DNA of 64,000 bases from an uncultured Clostridia bacterium (GTDB lineage Bacteria > Bacillota > Clostridia > Christensenellales > UBA1242). The notes under the pieces were generated by a model that worked only from the letters and a program-made list of their open reading frames with translations, was not told the origin of the DNA and made no database searches. A program made the position numbers and the translations under genes. Where the stretch lies: NCBI GenBank assembly GCA_944384415.1, contig CALWTF010000005.1, positions 12,890 through 76,889 on the forward strand. Reading direction: 5' to 3'. Below are positions 28,301 through 37,300 of the stretch, in pieces (position 1 is the stretch's first letter; the number at the start of each line of letters is the position of its first letter).

Positions 28301-31300
28301 TTCCAACACATCAAAGTTTTACATCATATTATGTTCAATTATATGTAATTCCTAAAGATTCTTCTGAACCTATATTAGTTCAACAATGGAATTCAAGAAC
28401 AAGCACTGGTTCAACACAAAATATTATTCAAATTAATTTTAGCACTGAAATATCTGAGTCTAATAAAAACAAGACTATAGAAGAAAATATGGTTTCAGGA
28501 CAATATTATATTACAGTAAAAGCAAATGCTTACGGTGATTATTATCTTGAAAGTGAAACCGCAGAAATGACAGAATACTTTGAATACGATGCAGTTGTTG
28601 ATGCTCCTACCGTGTTAATCAATCAAGAAAATGAAACAGCATTAATCGAATATCAAAAAGATACAAACTATATGTTGTATTATATGGCTCCAAATACAGA
28701 ACAATATGTGCAAATGTCACCAACTAATTCATTACAAACTATAAATGATGTTAAATACCGCGTTTATAACTTATCATCTGTGTTTAATCAAAGTTCATTC
28801 TCAGTAGGAATTTATTTGATAAGTGCAGTTGCTGTTAAAGTTTTTGGTGAAACTGAAACAGTAAGCAGTGCTAATTCGGTACCTGTTGAATTTAAAGTTA
28901 TGAAAAATTTTGATAGTGCTAGTTTTGAAAATGTTGAGCTTGTTTATGAATATTTAAATGGTCAAGATGTATCAACTTTTGAAGCTTCTTGGATGCAAGT
29001 TACAGTTGAAGACGGCGCAGTAAATGCAACTGATTATGAAATTGATGTATATAGCGGAAGTTCAAATTATTTACGCAATATTAAGGTGCAACTTGAAAAC
29101 AATAACTATGTAGTATATATGTATAATGTACAAAGTGATACTTGGAATAAATATAGTCATACTAATATTAACTCTAGCTTGAATACTAAAACATATAATT
29201 ACATTGTAGATGGTAATTATAAATTTACTTTATCTGAGATTACAGAAGAATCTGGCATTAAAATGTTATTAAAAGTATACGATTTATCTGATTTCACTGT
29301 TGGAACAACATATAATGTTATTATCTATACTTTAGCTAGTGAAGAACATTATTATAAACAATCATTAACTTATGGTTATAAGTCGTTTAAATTTATGGCA
29401 AAATGGTTGCCACCTACTATTTCTTTTGTTGACAGTGCTACAAGTAGTAAGTTACCAGAAAAATATATTGAAGCAAACAGCACTACTATAAGCTTTGATA
29501 CAACAGCTAATGGAACAAGTAATGTAAAATATACATTTACAGTTTATATAACTAATTTATTAACTGGTATAGCATCTGAGTTTACAACATCAGGTTCAAC
29601 TATGGCTAATGTTGGTACAGTTTTTGTAATTGATGAAAGTATGCTTTCTGATGCTGGTTTGTATCGTATTGAAGCTAAAATAGTAAACACTACAAAAGTT
29701 GAAAGTCGTTGTAGTTCACCAATTTATATATATAATGCTTTAAATATGGAAAGTCCAGTGTTAACCAGAGTTACAAAAGCAGAAACTCAATCTTCTACAC
29801 CTTCACCACTAGGTGATGGAAGTTATGAAAAAGACATTAATTTAAATTGGACATTTAATGGTTATCAATTTGTTGCCGACTTAGATTCTGAAACTTATGC
29901 TGATTTCATTTCAGGGTTAGGTTTTATTTTAAATATTGTTGAAATTGATGAAAATGGAAATATCGTTCAAAACGGTTTAAGCGCTCAGATTCCAATTTCA
30001 AGTTCTATGTTTGAAACAACAGATTGGCAAAACTTTAATTTTACAGTTTTATTAGACAATTATCCAGCTTTAAGTAATTATTTTTGGTCAAAACAATGGG
30101 CTGATGGTGAATCAAAAACACATTATGCCTTCACTTTGCAAGCAATTTCTTATCCTACATATATAACAGGTATAGTACAAAATGAAGTAAGCAATGGTTA
30201 TATTGATGTCATAGAAAATTATATTCCTCATTTTCAAACAGGCGTTTTTGAAATTTCTGGTGATGATTATCTGTACTATTTCAATAAAAATTCTGATATT
30301 TATACACTTATAGTTCGTCGTGATAATGTTTTAAGTTTAACTTCAAATATAACATTAGAAAATAATGGTGATATAGTTACTATTACTTGGGATGTTGTAA
30401 CAGACCCAACTGGCACAACTGAAGTTGGTTATAAATTTGTTTATTATACAATTGGTTATGATAACACTTACATACTTTACTACTCAAAAGATGGTTCTAC
30501 AAATGAAAACAGTATGGTATCACAACAAGTTTATTATTACAATAATAATTTCTATACTGACCAAAACCACACTACTGTTATAACTTTTGATAACACTGGT
30601 GTTTTTATGGGAGAGAATACTTGGTTTGATGCACAAGATGTAAATGGTTTTTCTATTGTTAATCAAACACAACCATTAGTATACGGTGTTTGGGTTTATT
30701 GTTATCCGATGGCAGGTGAAAGTGCATCAATTGCAGCTTCAGGTGTTTATTATCAAACAGTTGTTCGTACCGTTCAATTTAATATGCCAACCAGCATCTC
30801 ATGGTCGGTATTTACTGATGACACTGGTACACAACACGAGTTATCTTTTGCAAATAATATTCAACAACAAATTAATAATGCAAATATAAATAACTATACT
30901 TCTTTATATACATTAACATTAGGTGGCTTTGTAATTGGTACAAATGATTGGTCAAATAAAACTCCAAGTTTGAATAATGGAAATTTTGTAGCATATATTA
31001 CAGAATTATATAACGCAAATAGTTTTGTTGAATATCAAGATGAAAATGGAATAACTCATAGCAGGTTGTATGATTGGCAACTTAACGCAAAAGATTATTC
31101 TTTAAGCGTTTATGACCCTAATGTTGAGGGCGGAATTGCAACACATATTTTATACTCATCTAACACAAGTTCAGGACAATGTTATCGTTCAATAGTTATT
31201 GAAAGGAATGTACCTGCAAATGATACAACAACATTCATTATTGAAAATGGTTCTTATTATGCGCAATGGAACGAAATTTCAGATGCAACAATTTATGAAA

Positions 31301-34300
31301 TGCAATTTGTGACTGCAAATGGTCAACCAATTGGAAATAATTTATCATATTTTACTAATGGAGAAATTCCAAGTGATTATGTTGAAAAGATAACAGTTTA
31401 TATTGATTATGACCGTCAATATGCTAGCTGGCAAATGGCTGGTAGAACATACGAGCAAGAAGTTCAATACATTTCTGGTTCTGGTAATAAAATTATAAAA
31501 GTTGATTTTACACCTTTATTAAACGGAAGGGTAGCAGGTCCTTATTATTTGGCAATTTATACTGTTGCTGACCCTGCAAAATTTATTACAACAAATGGTA
31601 ATGCAACCACAAGTTCTTTGCAATTTACCTACAACAAGGCATATTCACCGGTAGAAAACATTGAGTTTGGTTTTGATAATGAAGGTATTGTACAAACAAT
31701 TTCTTGGGATGGTGCTCTAGATGCTGATGGAAGTTGGGTACACGAATATGCTTATTTTGAATTGCAAGTTTGGAAAACGGTTGGCGAAGGTGAAAATCCA
31801 TTATTAATTTCATTAAGTGGTAATAACGATAAAAGTTTAAATTGTATTTTTGAAAATGTTGAAGGAATTCAAAGTGTTTCAAATCGTTTAACAAGTATAA
31901 CTTATGATGAAGATACTAACAGAATAACTGTTAATATAGGTTCAGTATTCAGACAATATTTAGTTGAAAATGGTATTAGAATTGGTGGAGATTATACTGT
32001 AGGAATTGTTGTTATACCAGCAAGTTCAAGTAAATCATCATTTAAAGAAAGTACTCAGGCGACTGCATCTTTTGCTCACAAAGTTAAACTAGAGTTTGAC
32101 CAAAGTGTAAGCTATACAAGTTTTTTAATTGATGATTGCTTAGATGAAAGTGCATCACAAAATAATCGTGAACCAAGTTATATTGAAGACAGTGTTAATA
32201 CTGCAAACATTTATTTGTCAAATCCTGATGTTAATGGCAATTTTAATATTAAATCTATTAATATACTTCAATGGTTACCAGCTGTTCAATCAACTTCTAT
32301 AAAGGTTTATGTTAAAAATAGTGCTGGTGAATGGGTTGAAACATTGCAGTTTGACAATATAAATATTCAAACTAATAACCTTGTATTGTTAAGTGGAGGA
32401 ACTGTTCAATTACAATCAGGTAAAAATGAATTAGCAATTCAAGCTGTAGGTATTAATAATTATTATGTGGCAAGTGAATTAAAAACTTTTACAGTTAATG
32501 TTTATTATAAACACGCAACACCTACATTAAGTTTTGATATCAATTCAGATATTGTTTATACTAATGCAAGTGAAACATTTAGTGGAACGGTTAGTTCTTT
32601 AACATTACATCTTGATGACACTTGGGCAGAAAAAGAATATGGTGTTGTTATTTATGCTTATAAAGTAGTTGATGGCGTATATGAACCATATTTAGCATGG
32701 CAAACATCTGATGCGAATGGTGATGATGAAAATAACAGATTGATTTGGAAAGTTTTAAACGGAACAGCTTGTTTTGTTTATCCAGATACATATAAAGATG
32801 TTAGTAAGCGTGGAAAAGTAGTTAACTTTATGGACTTCTTCTATGAAAACGCAAATCAAACATCTGGAACTAATAAAATGGTTTCTTTAGTGGGCGCATA
32901 CGATTATGTTTTCCGAGCAAAAATATTTGCAAAGAAATCTGATTCAAGCGAACAATATATGTTAAACAGTGAGTTTTCAAATATAACTAATATATTTAAC
33001 TATACATATCAAATGGAAACACCAACTCCTTATGTTTTTGATTATGAAGGAACAAAGGAAATACACGAAAATGTAATTCGTGATGGAAATAACAGTGCAA
33101 CAGCTGTTTATGTAAAGTGGCCAATTGACCAAACTAATTTTAAAAGTGTAATTCAATATACTATTACAGTTTGGGATGGACAAGATAAAATTGATGAACC
33201 ATTTGAACGAGGAAATGGAAACCCAAATAATGCTGGAAATACGGTTGAATATTCTGCTTATATTCAAATATATTATAACGAAAATGGTGTTGCAGAATAT
33301 AGCCTTTATGCAGTTACTATGAAGACATATAAAGGTTCAGCAACAACAATAAGCGAATCGCAATACGGAAGATATTTCCAAATACAAGATGGTTATGTAG
33401 TGTTTAATATGATGCCATTTATTGAATCTACACAAAGGGTAGATCAATATATTTCAGGTGTATATAGATATCACATTCAAGCCGTTCAGGGTAGTACTAT
33501 GATTGGAACATCTACATCTGTTGGTTTAAGAGTTAATAATTATATGAATATAAGTCAGTTTGCTGGAGAATATTTTAGCGGAACTGATGTTGAAAATTCA
33601 AATTTTGATTATTACTACGAGTATCAACACAAAGTTCCATATCCTGTAACATTTACAAATGCTGTTGTTGATAATTCTGGTAATTTGGCAATTACATTGC
33701 AAGACACATACGCAACTGCTGAAACGATAGTTGTTACAGTTAATGGCAAGCAAACCATTTATAGTATTGAAACTCCTACAAGTAGCAGTACAACATATTA
33801 TGTAAATATTTCAACTTTATTATTACCAGGCGATGCAAATTCAGTTAGCATTTATATTGGTGCAGTTGAATTTTATATGCAAGGTAATCCTTATGAAGTA
33901 ACCCTTGGTTTTGATGAGTGGTCAACCGAGTTAACAACCTTGCGTGATTTACAATGGACATATAATGCTGGTAGTCACGAGATTTCTTGGAATGTAAACT
34001 TTAACAGTAATTACACTGAAGACCCAAGGTTAGATAGTGGTGATGGCGTTTTAGATGCAGATTTATTACATTATAAATTAGAGGTATTATACTCACCAAA
34101 TTTAATTAGTAACACAGAAGATTTACCTGCTAATTCTATGTTTGATTATTTTGCTACACAACTTGGTGTTGAAAAATTAACAATAGAAAATTTACAAAAT
34201 GTAGAAGGGCAAACTATAATAAAATTTTCACCACAAACAAGAAATTATATGTTTAATTTGATTGATTGTGTAAAATTAATTGATAATAGTTGGCTTGAAG

Positions 34301-37300
34301 AAAATGCATTGCGTGGTGGTTGGTATATGTTAAGATTAACATTAACAGCTAAAGACACTAATGGTATTTCTCCAAGTGGAACCGAAAATTATTTAGATGC
34401 AGTAAGTTATATAACGCCAATGATTAAACAAGTTTTAGCACCTTGGAAAATGTCTACATCGGGTGATTTTTGGGCTGCACAATCAGATTATGTATTTAAA
34501 GATACCGATAATCCAACTTTATCTCAAAAAGCAAATTGGGCAGATAACCGTGATGTAAATTGGGGAATAAAATTTACAGTTCAACCAGTATCTGGAAATT
34601 ATCCAACAACTTATCGTGTGTTCTATTGGAGAGATGGTTCTACTACTCCATTTGAAAACTATTTTGAAGTTACAGGTGAAAATGTTACATTAAATGGTGG
34701 ATATGTTTATTTGAATTTGCGTTCAGGATTTGCTAGTGTAGTTCAAGCAGGTGTATATAACTTTGCTTGGCAAGCATTGGGCGTTGCTGATTGTGCTGAA
34801 GATTCAGAATATTCATACATTTTAAGTGCAACAGCTTATCAATCTATGGATGTTCCATTAAGTTTATCTGCTTATGGTGGTTTTGGTTTAGCAAATTATG
34901 TAAGGGTTTCAGTTCCAACTTTATCTGAAACATTGTCAAACCAAACTCAAAGAAGTTGTATGATTACTTGGACTTATATCAATAATACTGGTGAATCATC
35001 TATAGACCTTTCATTTAGTGCAAGCTTAATGAATTTTGTTGGAAATGATTTACAAGATGGTCAAACTTATCCAACTGGAGTAAACGGATATGGGCCAGTA
35101 ACTGCTACAAATGAAAGAAATTATAGTTACTTTAAAAATGGTGATACAACATTAAATATGATTGAAGGTGATAATTACATTTCAATTAAAGCTGTTGTAT
35201 CTGGAAGAAATGGATATTATCTTGATTCAAGTTGGAGTACATTAAAAAAATATACTTGGGAAGTTGTTTTAAGCGCTCCTGAAATTGATATTTATGGAAC
35301 ATCTTTGACTGCTTATGATGAAAACCAAGCATATACTTACAGAACAATTCCTGAAAATGAAGAAAGTATTACAACTGACACAGTTAATGCTGTTGACACA
35401 GTAGACCGTGGTGGTCGCCGTGAAACAGAAGATTATCAGTCAACATATACAAATATGTTAACTATGTCTGTAAAAGTAAGTAAAGAATCTGTTTTAGATA
35501 ATATTACTTTACTTGAAATTATGTCTTTTGACCCAGTTACTAACTCTTTATTCTCACAAAATAATGCATTATGTCACTACTTAGTAAAAGGTGATTTAAC
35601 AACTGGTTTATGTTATTTGTATCAGAAAAAGAACATTCAATATACCAATAATGCAATTAACAGTGAGGAATGGGTTGATGCCGATGGGCGAGAAATTGGT
35701 ACTTGTTCGTTAAATGCTGATGAATCTGTAACATTTATGATTAATGGTTTTAAAATTTACGAGTTGTTACCAACAGTTACATATGTAAATGTAAAAGTTA
35801 AAACTGAAACAGGTGAAGAAACAACATTTACAGGAACTAAAGATTTTGCCAATATTCCTCAAACATATCGTTTTATAATGCGTTCATACAGTGAACTTAC
35901 AAGTTCAGAAGATTCTGGATTTAACTATAATCATACTTTGCGTTTAATTGCTCCAGAAGTTACAGAAGTAAACTTTACAGGTTCAAGTATTGAAGTGTTA
36001 GATGGTCAAAAATTTATAAACAATGATTTGCAACAAAGTTATGAAATTGTTTTAAATATTGATAAGGTTTCAAGAAATGCTAAATGGCTTATGCTTTATG
36101 CCTATGTTGACCAAGAAAATGGAAATAACTATTACAATGTAGACACTGGTTATAATGCTGAATATTCTATGACAAATTATGATGATTTGCGTTCAAATTG
36201 TTTAATTTATGATATTCGTGGTTTAGTTAATTTTGAAAACAGCAAATCAACTTATGGAACGATAACTTTAACTATATTGAAAGATAGTAGTTTATGGGAA
36301 TTTATAAATGCAAATACTCCTAATGTGTTCTATTTCGCTGCACAGGCAGTAAGTGAATTAGGTTATGCTGAAGACCCAACGGTTTGGGAAGGTGATTGGT
36401 ATGATGATTATACATTAGACAAAGTTCAGCTTTCGCAAATGCAATTAAGATATTGTGAGTCATATATAGGTCAACCTATGAATTGCATTATTTATAGACA
36501 ATTTGAGGAAGCACAAATTAATTTAAAACTTGATTATGGTCAAGTTTCAACAAATGAACAACCAACAGCACTTACCGATTCAAATGTTAAACAAACTGTT
36601 AAATATAATAATTCTGATTTATCAACCAATCTTGCTATTGATAATTTAGCACTTGACCCATATTTAATTGTTGAAGAAAATGATTATGCAAACGCATTGT
36701 TGTCTCACGAATATGTTGAAGCACAAAAATATGCAGGTTATGAAATTACCGTTGGTTTACCAAGCGGTTTAGAAAAATCTAAAACTGTTTATTCAATGAT
36801 GAATGAAGAAGGTGCCCAAGGTTCAGGTTTAATGGATGCAACAACATTATTTGACCAACTTAACAGCACTAATCCTGCAAGATATTATTTTGAAGGAAAT
36901 AATTATGTTTGCGTAACTATGCTTGAGGACCCTTGTATTTATGATTTATTATTCTCGTTGTTTGCAGAAAACAAAACTGAGGCAACTATGACCGGCGGTG
37001 TTTGTTACATAAAAATAAGAATTATAAGAGAAACAAGAACAACAGTTAGTAAATCGAAAAATTTCTGGGTTTCACAAGATAATTCTGATTTAGATACATT
37101 AGATTTTGTGTTCTACTTAAGACCTGATGCTGTTAAGTTAACTTTAGGTAATGCAGTTTTTGATGCTTCTAATCCTTTAGTTGTGGATTGGGAAACAACA
37201 AATAATGAAAATGAGTTGTTATACCCAAACAATATTCCATTACAATGGACAGAAAGTTCAAAGTTTATGAGCACATATAAAATTTCAATTTTAAGAACAA